Shown: one piece after another, positions 8,669 through 16,239 of the stretch
Layout: every line of letters begins with the position of its first letter
Numbering within the stretch: the stretch's first letter is position 1
Virus record (IMG/VR): IMGVR_UViG_3300045988_013563
Location: 1 to 37,126 of that record
Length of the DNA: 37,126 nucleotides
Strand: one strand, 5' to 3'
Origin: a virus
Translations under genes and position numbers: made by a program
Notes under the pieces: generated by a model
The model's database searches: none
Seen by the model: only the letters and a program-made list of their open reading frames with translations
Told to the model about the DNA's origin: nothing

Positions 8669-8968
8669 CTAGTCCTTTCTTCGATGCAGTAAAAATTGTG
8701 CGAAGAGCTGTATTTCCTCTAGCTCTTTGTCTGTGTAAATCCGGTTTGAAAAGGTTATTTCACGTTGTGGGGTTCCGTGTACTAATTCCTCGATTGATAC
8801 TCCGAAATATTCAGATAATTTCAACAGTGTAGGTAAGCTGATATTCTCAGCACTCCGGTTGAACCATGAATTAACCGCACTTGGGCTTATCCCGGTGTCT
8901 GCCGCCATTTTTCGACGGGATACGCCTTTTGCGCACATTAGCGCTCGAAGATTGTCACAAAATGCCAT
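8669..8968 (-). CDS. XRE-family HTH repressor (CI-like)
   Basis: NLRALMCAKGVSRRKMAADTGISPSAVNSWFN... is an HTH_3 pattern. Strong RBS GGGAGGTGA. The gene is directly upstream of int and divergent from the early operon. Confidence 0.85.
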   Translation of the reverse strand: MAFCDNLRALMCAKGVSRRKMAADTGISPSAVNSWFNRSAENISLPTLLKLSEYFGVSIEELVHGTPQREITFSNRIYTDKELEEIQLFAQFLLHRRKD

Positions 8969-9024
8969 GCCGAATCACCTCCCTTCTTGTCGAAACGTCG
9001 TCGTTCCGTGCCTCCCGCTTCTTT

Positions 9025-9053
9025 AATATATCATGTGCGATTTGCATTGTAAA
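9025..9053 (-). promoter_or_regulatory. Repressor promoter (minus strand TTTACA-17-TATATT)
   Basis: -10 at 9025..9030 and -35 at 9048..9053 on the minus strand. It overlaps the palindrome attgt-aaac-acaat (9046..9059). Confidence 0.55.
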
Positions 9054-9105
9054 CACAATCGTGCGCAAAATTGACGGCAATTTTTGCAAATCTGACTAAA
9101 TTGTG

Positions 9106-9134
9106 TTGCAATTTGAAATTTATGGGTGTATAGT
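9106..9134 (+). promoter_or_regulatory. Early rightward promoter (TTGCAA-17-TATAGT) with conserved GGTGTATAGTGG block
   Basis: -35 at 9106..9111 and -10 at 9129..9134. It overlaps the palindrome aaattg-tgttg-caattt (9099..9115). Confidence 0.65.
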
Positions 9135-9195
9135 GGAGCAATACGAGATGCACACGAATGTGCGCATCGTGAACACATATGAGGAGGTGCAATGG

Positions 9196-9417
9196 ATGTA
9201 TCGGAATCTGAAAGCGGAGATAGCTCGCACAGGCATGACCACTTGCGAGTGTGCGGAAGCCGCAGGAGTAAGCCTTGGGACTTTCTACCGGCTGCTAAAT
9301 GGCTCTAGCGAGTGGAGGCTTGACGAAATGCTCAAGCTGTCGCAGGCAATCGCCATGAAAAACGGCCATGCCGGTCTTGACTATCTCTTCGGGGGTGATT
9401 CAGACGGAACGACATAA
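9196..9417 (+). CDS. Cro-like small HTH protein
   Basis: MYRNLKAEIARTGMTTCECAEAAGVSLGTFYRLLNG. GAGGAGG lies 8 nt upstream of ATG 9196. The longer ORF from 9103 would start upstream of the predicted transcription start. Confidence 0.7.
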   Translation: MYRNLKAEIARTGMTTCECAEAAGVSLGTFYRLLNGSSEWRLDEMLKLSQAIAMKNGHAGLDYLFGGDSDGTT

Positions 9418-9433
9418 ACCAACGAAGGAACAC

Positions 9434-9544
9434 TTGACAGCACTCTACGATTTGATTAACGAGCTGCTACCGGACGCCGACGTGTACTATACGCCGGAAC
9501 AACTAAAAGAACTAGCCAATAAGGAAGGAATACAACTATTATGA
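9434..9544 (+). CDS. Possible 36-aa ORF (TTG start), translationally coupled to the next gene
   Basis: GAAGGAA RBS and TTG at 9434. Product is MTALYDLINELLPDADVYYTPEQLKELANKEGIQLL. Its stop overlaps ATG 9541 (ATGA). Confidence 0.35.
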   Translation: MTALYDLINELLPDADVYYTPEQLKELANKEGIQLL

Positions 9545-10026
9545 GCATGTCAATCTACGATATCGATTCGGCAATTACCGCGCTGATCGACAATGAGACT
9601 GGTGAAGTGACCGACGAAGAAGCCTTCGATGCGCTCCAGATGGAGCGTGATGTGAAGGTCGAGAACATCGGGCTTTACTTCAAGGACTTGACCGCCGAAG
9701 CCAAGGCAATCAAGGAAGAGGAAGCAAGCCTAGCGGCACGACGCAAGGCAGTGGAGAATAAGGCGGAGCGTTTGAAGCACCTGCTGGATTATGCGCTTAA
9801 CGGCGACAAATTCAGTACGCCACGCCTGAAGGTGTCCTATCGTAAATCGTCTACCGTCGAATTGTCTGCCGGCTTTACTGAGTGGGCTGAAATCAATGCG
9901 GACGATCTGCTGACATATTCGGAGCCGAAGCCCAATAAGACAGCGATCAAGGCGGCTATCAAGGATGGCCGAGTGCCTGAAAATCTCGCCACTATCGAAA
10001 CACATGAGAATATCTCGATCAAGTGA
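9541..10026 (+). CDS. Siphovirus Gp157-like protein
   Basis: Layout and motifs (DALQMERDVKVENIGLYFKDLTAEAKAIKEEEASLAARRKAVENKAERLKHLL...KVSYRKS) are typical of the Gp157 family, which sits upstream of phage recombinases. Confidence 0.7.
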   Translation: MSMSIYDIDSAITALIDNETGEVTDEEAFDALQMERDVKVENIGLYFKDLTAEAKAIKEEEASLAARRKAVENKAERLKHLLDYALNGDKFSTPRLKVSYRKSSTVELSAGFTEWAEINADDLLTYSEPKPNKTAIKAAIKDGRVPENLATIETHENISIK

Positions 10027-10038
10027 GGTGGAACAGCA

Positions 10039-10599
10039 ATGGAAGAGTGGCGAGACATAGAAGGCTACGAGGGGTATTACCAAGTCAGCAATCTTGGGAA
10101 TGTCCGAAGCCTTGACAGGACACTGCGAGGCAGAGACGGAGTCTTGTACCCGCATAGAGGCGTGGTGATGAAGCCGACAACCAACAAAAACGGCTACAAG
10201 TATGTCGTGCTGAAGAAAGATGGTAAGTTCAAAGGATTTACCATCCACGGGTTGGTCGCGCGGGCATTCCTTGAACGTGACCCACTGCGCACTGAAATAA
10301 ACCACAAAGATGGCATCAAGACCAACAACAACGTCTCTAATCTTGAATGGGTGACGCACAGTGAAAATGAAAAACACGCTATTGCAACAGGTCTGATGGA
10401 CATGGCAAAAATCCAGCGGATTTCTGCTGAGAAGCGCAGAAAACCTGTGAAACAGATGGGAGAAGATGGAAATGTGATTGCCGTATTCGGGAGTGCAACT
10501 GAAGCATCTAAGGTACTTGGAATATACAGGCGCAGCATCGCAAGGTGCTGCGAAGGCGAGTATAAACATGCTGGCGGATACCGTTGGCAATTCGCGTAG
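10039..10599 (+). CDS. Free-standing HNH homing endonuclease (NUMOD4 + HNH_3 + C-terminal HTH)
   Basis: WRDIEGYEGYYQVSNLGNVRS; HGLVARAF...INHKDGIKTNNNVSNLEWV; C-terminal SATEASKVLGIYRRSIARCC...GGYRWQF. It is inserted between Gp157 and ERF. Confidence 0.85.
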   Translation: MEEWRDIEGYEGYYQVSNLGNVRSLDRTLRGRDGVLYPHRGVVMKPTTNKNGYKYVVLKKDGKFKGFTIHGLVARAFLERDPLRTEINHKDGIKTNNNVSNLEWVTHSENEKHAIATGLMDMAKIQRISAEKRRKPVKQMGEDGNVIAVFGSATEASKVLGIYRRSIARCCEGEYKHAGGYRWQFA

Positions 10600-10610
10600 A
10601 GGAGTGAATC

Positions 10611-11222
10611 ATGGCAGAAGACAAAAGCCTTGCAAATAAGCTGTGCGATATCCAGATGCGGCTCAAGTCGCCAAAAGACCAGCACAATGGATTCGGCAAC
10701 TACAACTACAGGAGTCTTGAGAATATATTGGAGTCGGTGAAACCTCTGCTCCATGAGTACGGTTTGATTCTTACTCTCAGCGATGACATTGCGGAAGTCG
10801 GTGGACGTGTGTATGTGAAGTCTACTGCAGTCATCTCAGACGGCACTGACTCTATCAGCACCACGGCTTTCGCTCGCGAGGATGAATCGAAGAAAGGAAT
10901 GAGCGATCCACAAATCACTGGTGCATGTTCGTCATACGCGAGGAAGTATTGTGCCCAAGGTTTATTTGCTATCGATGATAGCAAAGACCCGGACAGTGAA
11001 TCATATCAGCGTAGAGGTGGCAAAGAATCAGGCTCAGCGCCGATTATGTGTGATCTGTGTCATAAGCCTATCAAGCCGATGGCTAAGCGTGGCGGCGGTG
11101 AGATGCCGCCGGAAGCGGTAGCCAAGTGGACTAGAGCAAAGACTGGAATGGCCGTGTGCGGTGACTGCTACCGGAAACGTGAAGCACAACAATCACAACC
11201 AACTGAGGGAGGAAACGAGTAA
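10611..11222 (+). CDS. ERF-family single-strand annealing protein with C-terminal zinc ribbon
   Basis: PKDQHNGFGNYNYRSLENILESVKPLLHEYGL...KKGMSDPQITGACSSYARKYCAQGLFAIDD is the ERF pattern. C-terminus has CDLCHK...CGDCYRK. Confidence 0.8.
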   Translation: MAEDKSLANKLCDIQMRLKSPKDQHNGFGNYNYRSLENILESVKPLLHEYGLILTLSDDIAEVGGRVYVKSTAVISDGTDSISTTAFAREDESKKGMSDPQITGACSSYARKYCAQGLFAIDDSKDPDSESYQRRGGKESGSAPIMCDLCHKPIKPMAKRGGGEMPPEAVAKWTRAKTGMAVCGDCYRKREAQQSQPTEGGNE

Positions 11223-11461
11223 TGGAAGATACAGTGTTAGATCAATTCGTAACGATACCGCAGAAAGAGTATGCGGGACTATTGGAAACCAAGGCAGACA
11301 ATGCGATGCTGAAGGATATGCTGAAGGCATCAGCAACGTTAAGCTTTGACGGTACGCGGCTGATGATCGACGTGGGAACCGCAGATACACTACTCAAGTA
11401 CATTTTGAAAGATGGTTATGGCGCTACACTCGAAGCGCTGAAGAGTGAAAGGACTAAATGA
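11222..11461 (+). CDS. Hypothetical protein (79 aa)
   Basis: The ORF is coupled at both ends (TAATG at 11220..11224, ATGATG at 11458). No recognisable motif. Confidence 0.6.
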   Translation: MEDTVLDQFVTIPQKEYAGLLETKADNAMLKDMLKASATLSFDGTRLMIDVGTADTLLKYILKDGYGATLEALKSERTK

Positions 11462-11859
11462 TGGCTGATATCAATACTTGCACTTTTACCGGGCGGCTCG
11501 CAGCTGACCCGGAAGTGAAGCAGACGCAGAGCGGGAAGACGGTAGCTCGCTTCCGTCTCGCTGTCGGCGGATTCCGCAAGGACGAGACTTACTGGCTTGA
11601 TTTTGAAGCGTGGGGCAAGACCGCCGAAGCGCTCGCCAATTACCGGCATAAGGGTGATCCGGTGGGCGTAGTCGCTCACGCTGTCGTTGACCAGTGGGAG
11701 AAGGATGGGCAGAAGCACTCGCGTGTGAAGTTCATCGTTGATAATCTTCCGCTTAACGCAGGTAGTTGCAAGCATCAACAGGCTACGCAATCCCAAGGCG
11801 GTTCATATGGCGGATCGTATGGTGCTGTAGATGACCAGTTGGGAGAACCGGAATTCTAA
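11458..11859 (+). CDS. ssb: Single-stranded DNA-binding protein
   Basis: OB-fold pattern TFTGRLAADPEVKQTQSGKTVARFRLAV...WLDFEAWGKTAE, a Gly/Ser-rich linker, and an acidic tail DDQLGEPEF. Confidence 0.9.
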   Translation: MMADINTCTFTGRLAADPEVKQTQSGKTVARFRLAVGGFRKDETYWLDFEAWGKTAEALANYRHKGDPVGVVAHAVVDQWEKDGQKHSRVKFIVDNLPLNAGSCKHQQATQSQGGSYGGSYGAVDDQLGEPEF

Positions 11860-11871
11860 GTGGACGGCATT

Positions 11872-11914
11872 AAATGGCGGCAGTGGTGACTGATCAAAGC
11901 CACTGCCGCCATTT
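11872..11914 (+). terminator. Hairpin with 15-bp stem after ssb (terminator-like, weak T tract)
   Basis: aaatggcggcagtgg (11872..11886) / ccactgccgccattt (11900..11914). Confidence 0.5.
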
Positions 11915-11949
11915 GCCAAATTCAACACAGTAGCACAGGAGGTATACAG

Positions 11950-12360
11950 ATGAAGATCACACTCGATAAAGGCGCTCACATGCCGGAGCGTGCCCACGAT
12001 ACCGACGCTGGAATCGACTTACGCACACCGAAAAAGGTTACTGTGCCTGCACACGGTAGCACGGTAATCGACACTGGGGTGCATGTCGAGCTTCCACACG
12101 GTTGTGCTGGTCTACTCGTATCCAAGAGTGGTCTCAACGTGAACCACTCAATCCTGACTGACGGGCTGATCGATGAGGGATATTCGGGTTCCGTCAAAGT
12201 CAAGATTTATAATCATGGTTCCAATGATTGGACTTTCGAGGCTGGTGATAAGGTGACCCAGCTGGTCGTGGTGCCCGTGCGATACCCCGATGTGCAAGTC
12301 GTGCAGTCGATTGATGGCGGTGAGCGCGGCAATGACGGCTTTGGAAGCACAGGTCGATAG
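11950..12360 (+). CDS. dut: dUTPase (trimeric type)
   Basis: Motifs AGIDLRT, GLIDEGYSG and ERGNDGFGSTG. RBS is AGGAGG. Confidence 0.95.
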   Translation: MKITLDKGAHMPERAHDTDAGIDLRTPKKVTVPAHGSTVIDTGVHVELPHGCAGLLVSKSGLNVNHSILTDGLIDEGYSGSVKVKIYNHGSNDWTFEAGDKVTQLVVVPVRYPDVQVVQSIDGGERGNDGFGSTGR

Positions 12361-12390
12361 TCTCACCGTAGGATTAAACTAGAGTAAATA

Positions 12391-12429
12391 AATTGGCGGG
12401 TAGTTTTTCGTAGCTACTACCCGCCAATT
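12391..12429 (+). terminator. Hairpin with 14-bp stem between dut and the GIY-YIG gene
   Basis: aattggcgggtagt (12391..12404) / actacccgccaatt (12416..12429), with a T-rich loop. Confidence 0.5.
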
Positions 12430-12460
12430 GCATATTATCAAGAGCATACAAGGAGTGACC

Positions 12461-13249
12461 ATGTATACGGTTTATAAGCATACCACACCCAGCGGAAAGC
12501 GATATATCGGGATCACAAGCCAAGAGCCTGAGAGACGTTGGCAGAACGGCGCTGGGTACAAGGATAATGAACACTTTTACCGTGCGATTCAAAAATATGG
12601 GTGGGAGAATATCAGTCATGAGATTGTGGCTGACGGTTTAAGCAAGGCTCAGGCGTGCGCTTTGGAAATACGGTTAATTGCCGAGTATGACACTACGAAC
12701 CAAGACAAGGGCTATAACCACAGCACAGGCGGTGAATCTGGGAGATTGGGCGTACACCCTAGTGTTGAGACTCGACGGAAGATCAGTGAAGCGCTCAAAG
12801 GGCAATCACCTTGGATTAAGGGTAAGCATATGAGTGCTGGAGCGCGGATGAATCTCAGCAAAGCGCACAAAGGTAATCGCCTCAGTATCGAAACTCGGCG
12901 GAAAATAAGCGAAGCTAACAAGGGTAGGCATTTTAGCGTTGAGACACGGCAGAAGATCAGCAAAGCGAACAAAGGTAAGCATATGAGTGCCGAGGCACGG
13001 CGGAAGAACAGCGAAGCGAAAAAGGGAGCTAACAACCCGTGGTATGGTAAGCACCTGAGTGTTGAGACTCGACGGAAGATCAGTGAAGCACAAAGTAAAA
13101 GTGTTGTATGTGCTGAGACTGGTAAACAATACGCTTCTACCCGTGAAGCCGCCAAAGCGATTGGGCTAAGAAGTAACGGGTCTATATGCAGTGCCTGCCG
13201 TGATGGACGCAAGACGGCTGGTGGTTATCATTGGGAGTACGCCGGTTAA
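12461..13249 (+). CDS. GIY-YIG homing endonuclease (I-TevI-like) with about 6 NUMOD3 repeats and a C-terminal HTH
   Basis: YTVYKHTTPSGKRYIGIT...RWQNG...YRAIQKYGW...E (GIY-YIG). Repeated H(M/L/F)S(V/A)E(T/A)RRKISEA(N/L)KG units occupy about 12757..13095. The C-terminus ends in GGYHWEY. ATG 12461 follows AAGGAG. Confidence 0.9.
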   Translation: MYTVYKHTTPSGKRYIGITSQEPERRWQNGAGYKDNEHFYRAIQKYGWENISHEIVADGLSKAQACALEIRLIAEYDTTNQDKGYNHSTGGESGRLGVHPSVETRRKISEALKGQSPWIKGKHMSAGARMNLSKAHKGNRLSIETRRKISEANKGRHFSVETRQKISKANKGKHMSAEARRKNSEAKKGANNPWYGKHLSVETRRKISEAQSKSVVCAETGKQYASTREAAKAIGLRSNGSICSACRDGRKTAGGYHWEYAG

Positions 13250-13260
13250 TGGAGGTGAGT

Positions 13261-13593
13261 ATGAGGAGTAAATTTAATGCTAAAAAGACTGTAGTCGATG
13301 GTATTACCTTCGATTCCCGCAAAGAAGCCAAGCGGTACGTCGCACTGCGTGATTTGGAGCGGGCGGGCAAGATTCGATGTCTTCGCCGTCAGGTTCGTTT
13401 TGAACTGCTCCCCGCGTTTGACGTTGACGGCAAGCATTACAGGCCGACAACCTATGTTGCTGATTTTGTCTACACTGACGCTAAGAGCGGCAAGGAGATC
13501 GTAGAAGATGTGAAAGGGGTACGCACGGATGTTTACCGCCTGAAATCTAAGATGTTCGCCCATAAGTTCGGAGTGTCGATCTTGGAGACGTGA
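13261..13593 (+). CDS. DUF1064-like protein (putative PD-(D/E)XK-type resolvase/nuclease)
   Basis: KFNAKKTVVDGITFDSRKEAKRYVALRDLERAGKI...YVADFVY...EDVKG is the typical DUF1064 pattern. ATG 13261 follows GGAGGTGA. Confidence 0.75.
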   Translation: MRSKFNAKKTVVDGITFDSRKEAKRYVALRDLERAGKIRCLRRQVRFELLPAFDVDGKHYRPTTYVADFVYTDAKSGKEIVEDVKGVRTDVYRLKSKMFAHKFGVSILET

Positions 13594-13661
13594 TAGTATA
13601 CAACTAACGCCATGTTGAGTGTTGCCCCACTTACGTGGAGTGATAACTCAACATGCAATAT

Positions 13662-13716
13662 CCCATTGATTGTTACCGGGGGCAAACGGTAATAGTCAGT
13701 GGGATAATTTTTTACC
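13662..13716 (+). terminator. Intrinsic terminator (17-bp RNA stem with 3 G-U pairs, then T6)
   Basis: cccattgattgttaccg (13662..13678) pairs with cggtaatagtcagtggg (13687..13703). T-run at 13709..13714. Confidence 0.7.
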
Positions 13717-13728
13717 TAGGAGGTAATA

Positions 13729-14508
13729 ATGGCAACGCATTTTTTCGACGTTGACATTGCCGTTGAGTACGGTGTCAATGCCGCTATTATCCTGCAAAAC
13801 ATCAAGTACTGGGTAGATCATAACCGCGCCAATGACGCGAACTTCTACGATGGGCGGTACTGGACTTTCAACAGCGTAAAGGCATTCTCCGAGCTTTTCC
13901 CTTATATGTCAGCTAAGTCTGTACGCAACGCGATATCCAAGCTCGAAGAATCTGGACTTATTGTCGAAGGCAACTACAACAAAGTGTCTTATGACAGGAC
14001 TAAGTGGTATGCGCTGACCGATAAGGCAGAAGCATTATTCCAAAAGGGCAATTCCATTTACCCAAAAGGGCAAATGGAAGTACCCGAAAAGGCAAATGGA
14101 AATGCCCTAGAGGGCAAACCTATACCAGATATAAACACAGATTGTAAAACTCAAGATAATAAACACATATATGTTGAGATTGTTGATTATCTCAATGCTA
14201 AAGCCGGTACACGGTATAAGGCATCAACTGCAAGCACTCGCAAGCACATCAAAGCGAGACTAGACGAAGGATTCACGATCGATGACTTCAAGACGGTGAT
14301 CGACAAGAAGTGCAGCGAGTGGCTGAACAATAGCAAGATGGAGCAGTACTTGCGTCCTGAGACGCTGTTCGGTACGAAATTCGAGGGATACCTCAATGCT
14401 AAAAACAAAGTCAATGTCGGCGCTAATGGCGTGGCTATTCGCCCGCCTGAACCCGACGAAGACGATAGCTGGTTCCCAATGGTAAGCACAAGCAATAATG
14501 GAGAGTGA
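13729..14508 (+). CDS. Replisome organiser / replication initiation protein (wHTH N-terminus + conserved phage C-terminus)
   Basis: N-terminus AAIILQNIKYWVDHN...WTFNSVKAFSELFPYMSAKSVRNAISKLEESGLI. C-terminus VDYLNAKAGTRYKASTASTRKHIKARLDEGFTIDDFKTVIDKK...RPETLFGTKFEGYLN. Confidence 0.8.
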   Translation: MATHFFDVDIAVEYGVNAAIILQNIKYWVDHNRANDANFYDGRYWTFNSVKAFSELFPYMSAKSVRNAISKLEESGLIVEGNYNKVSYDRTKWYALTDKAEALFQKGNSIYPKGQMEVPEKANGNALEGKPIPDINTDCKTQDNKHIYVEIVDYLNAKAGTRYKASTASTRKHIKARLDEGFTIDDFKTVIDKKCSEWLNNSKMEQYLRPETLFGTKFEGYLNAKNKVNVGANGVAIRPPEPDEDDSWFPMVSTSNNGE

Positions 14509-14513
14509 TTTGA

Positions 14514-15353
14514 ATGGAAGAGAACATGCTTAAAGCATTGATCGAGAAGGCAAGCAAGGGTGATCATTACGAGGAAGGCGACTACTTCGTGGACGGCCTG
14601 CTCTATTGCGGTAAATGCCATACAGCTAAACAATGCCGATTCGAAGCAGCATGGGGTGGCATCATGGAGCCTTACTTCCTCTGCGAGTGCGGTATGAAGC
14701 GTAGGGAAGAGGAAGAGAAGGCGCGGAAGGCTAGGGAATTCCAGTCTGAAGTGAAGCGGCTCCGCAAGCTGGGATTCCCGGACGCTGAGATGGCTAACTG
14801 GACTTTCGCCAATGATGATGGCGCTGATAGTAAAATCTCCGGTATCGCTCACAAGTATGTGGATAATTTCATGGAGATGAAGAAGCGCGGCAAGGGCTTG
14901 CTGCTGTATGGAACTGTGGGTAGTGGCAAGACGTATATCGCGGCTTGCATCGCCAATGAGCTGATTAATCGTGGCCACCCATGCTTGGTGACGAATTTCG
15001 CGCGGATTACGAACACTTTGCAAGGAATGTTCGAGGGCAAGCAGCGGTATCTCGATGACCTGAATCGGCTGGACTTGCTGGTGATTGACGATTTAAGCGC
15101 CGAACGTGACACGTCATTTATGAATGAGATGGTATTCAACGTGATCGATGCGCGGTATCGCAGCGGCAAGCCGCTGATCGTCACGTCTAATCTCACGTCC
15201 GAGGAATTGATGCGTCCTAACAATATCGACAAGCAGCGTATATATAGTCGTGTGCTGGAAATGTGCTTCCCCGTGGAAGTCAAGGGCGTGGATAGGAGGA
15301 AGAAGAAGTTGCGTGACGATTCGGCGGATATGGCGCGACTTCTAGGGTTGTGA
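14514..15353 (+). CDS. DnaC/IstB-like AAA+ helicase loader
   Basis: Walker A LLLYGTVGSGKTY and Walker B LLVIDDLSAER. N-terminal Cys cluster CGKCH...CECG. Confidence 0.9.
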   Translation: MEENMLKALIEKASKGDHYEEGDYFVDGLLYCGKCHTAKQCRFEAAWGGIMEPYFLCECGMKRREEEEKARKAREFQSEVKRLRKLGFPDAEMANWTFANDDGADSKISGIAHKYVDNFMEMKKRGKGLLLYGTVGSGKTYIAACIANELINRGHPCLVTNFARITNTLQGMFEGKQRYLDDLNRLDLLVIDDLSAERDTSFMNEMVFNVIDARYRSGKPLIVTSNLTSEELMRPNNIDKQRIYSRVLEMCFPVEVKGVDRRKKKLRDDSADMARLLGL

Positions 15354-15652
15354 CGGAGCGTGACTTGGCTCAGGCTCGACACTTGAAAGCAGAGAGTGAG
15401 AGTGTGCGCTCGCTGCTTAGCGTGGAGCTTGAGCCATCATGCCGCCGATTACTAGCCGAGCATCTGGAGCGTGTGGAGCGGCAGCGATTCGACTTGATGG
15501 CGTGGATCATCTCAGTGCCTGATGATCGAGTGCGGCTGATCTGCATCATGCGCTTCTTGGAGGGTAAGTCGTGGGAGACGATAGCAAGGCGATTGCATTA
15601 TGAGCGCACCAGCCCGGCCAAGATACTCAGACGATGGATTAAAGGACTATGA
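15350..15652 (+). CDS. Sigma-70 region-4-like phage transcriptional regulator (DUF1492/ArpU-RinA-like class)
   Basis: VPDDRVRLICIMRFLEGKSWETIARRLHYERTSPAKILRRWIKGL is a region-4-type HTH. The GTG start overlaps the upstream stop (GTGA). Confidence 0.65.
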   Translation: MTERDLAQARHLKAESESVRSLLSVELEPSCRRLLAEHLERVERQRFDLMAWIISVPDDRVRLICIMRFLEGKSWETIARRLHYERTSPAKILRRWIKGL

Positions 15653-15679
15653 TTATCAGTGACAACAAGGAGGATTTGA

Positions 15680-15892
15680 ATGGATTGGCAGGATCGGCTC
15701 AGGGACGAATACAGTGAGCTTAATGAGCGGTACGAGCGGCTTAAAAGCTTCATTGATGACATTAATGAGGGCAAAGTCATCGATGAGTCGGCGGTTTCTC
15801 AGGTTGGGTTGCTTGAAATTCAGACTCATATCATGGCGGCGTATATCAACATCCTTGCGGAGCGTGCCCATCTTGCTGGAATTCGGCTTTAG
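15680..15892 (+). CDS. Hypothetical helical protein (70 aa)
   Basis: AGGAGG-like RBS (aaggagga) upstream. Coiled-coil-like sequence DEYSELNERYERLKSFI...LLEIQTHIMAAYINILAERA. Confidence 0.65.
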   Translation: MDWQDRLRDEYSELNERYERLKSFIDDINEGKVIDESAVSQVGLLEIQTHIMAAYINILAERAHLAGIRL

Positions 15893-15912
15893 CCTGTCAA
15901 AGCGTGTATAAT
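15882..15912 (+). promoter_or_regulatory. Promoter for the tRNA unit (GTGTATAAT -10 block)
   Basis: TATAAT at 15907..15912 is preceded by GTG, as in the other conserved promoters. The -35 region is weak (TTCGGC at 15882..15887, 19-nt spacer). Confidence 0.45.
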
Positions 15913-15985
15913 CGTTCGTGCTAGCCGGTATCCAGTTGTGCGCACAGCGGGATATCGTGTGATAAAGCTGGGCAATGTCCAGTTC

Positions 15986-16056
15986 ATGCCGGTGGTGCAG
16001 TAGTAGCATGGCGGTCTCCAAAACCGCAGGCGCAGGTGCGATTCCTGCCCGGTGTG
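15986..16056 (+). tRNA. trnW: tRNA-Trp (anticodon CCA) with non-canonical D and T loops
   Basis: Hand-folded cloverleaf. The acceptor stem is atgccgg/ccggtgt (A1-U72, 2 G-U pairs) with G73. U8 is present. The D arm is gtgc-agtagta-gcat. The anticodon arm is gcggt-CUCCAAA-accgc. There is a 4-nt variable loop. The T arm is gcagg-tgcgatt-cctgc. CCA is not encoded. Confidence 0.6.
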
Positions 16057-16129
16057 CCGATATGATTGAATGAGATGTACGGGGGATTACTCGACCGGCT
16101 CTTGTGAGTGTGTGGCGGTTTCCTGATTT

Positions 16130-16160
16130 GGCGGCATGTCCTAGGCGTGCCGCCTTTTTC
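16130..16160 (+). terminator. Intrinsic terminator after the tRNA unit
   Basis: ggcggca (16130..16136) / tgccgcc (16148..16154), followed by TTTTT. Confidence 0.75.
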
Positions 16161-16165
16161 GTATC

Positions 16166-16239
16166 CTTGGCGTGTCAAAACGTTGATAGGTGTATAGTTG
16201 ACATTACCCACAGGAAACCACCTGAGAAAGGAACACACA
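16166..16239 (+). promoter_or_regulatory. Promoter + leader cassette A (paralogue of 18140..18212)
   Basis: CTTGGCGTG...GATAGGTGTATAGT (-10 at 16193..16198), then the leader ...CCTGAGAAAGGAACACACA-ATG. It aligns with cassette B over about 75 nt. Confidence 0.6.

Noticed and set aside
9103-9195. Long form of the cro-like ORF starting at 9103 (or ATG 9148)
   Set aside because: It would begin inside or upstream of the predicted promoter (-10 at 9129..9134). ATG 9196 has the proper GAGGAGG RBS.
9730-10590. 286-aa minus-strand ORF, and similar antisense ORFs at 14187..15023, 14849..15382, 16633..17424 and 23185..23904
   Set aside because: All are antisense to + strand genes that have clear family motifs and RBSs. 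They lack start signals and have skewed composition, so they are shadow ORFs.
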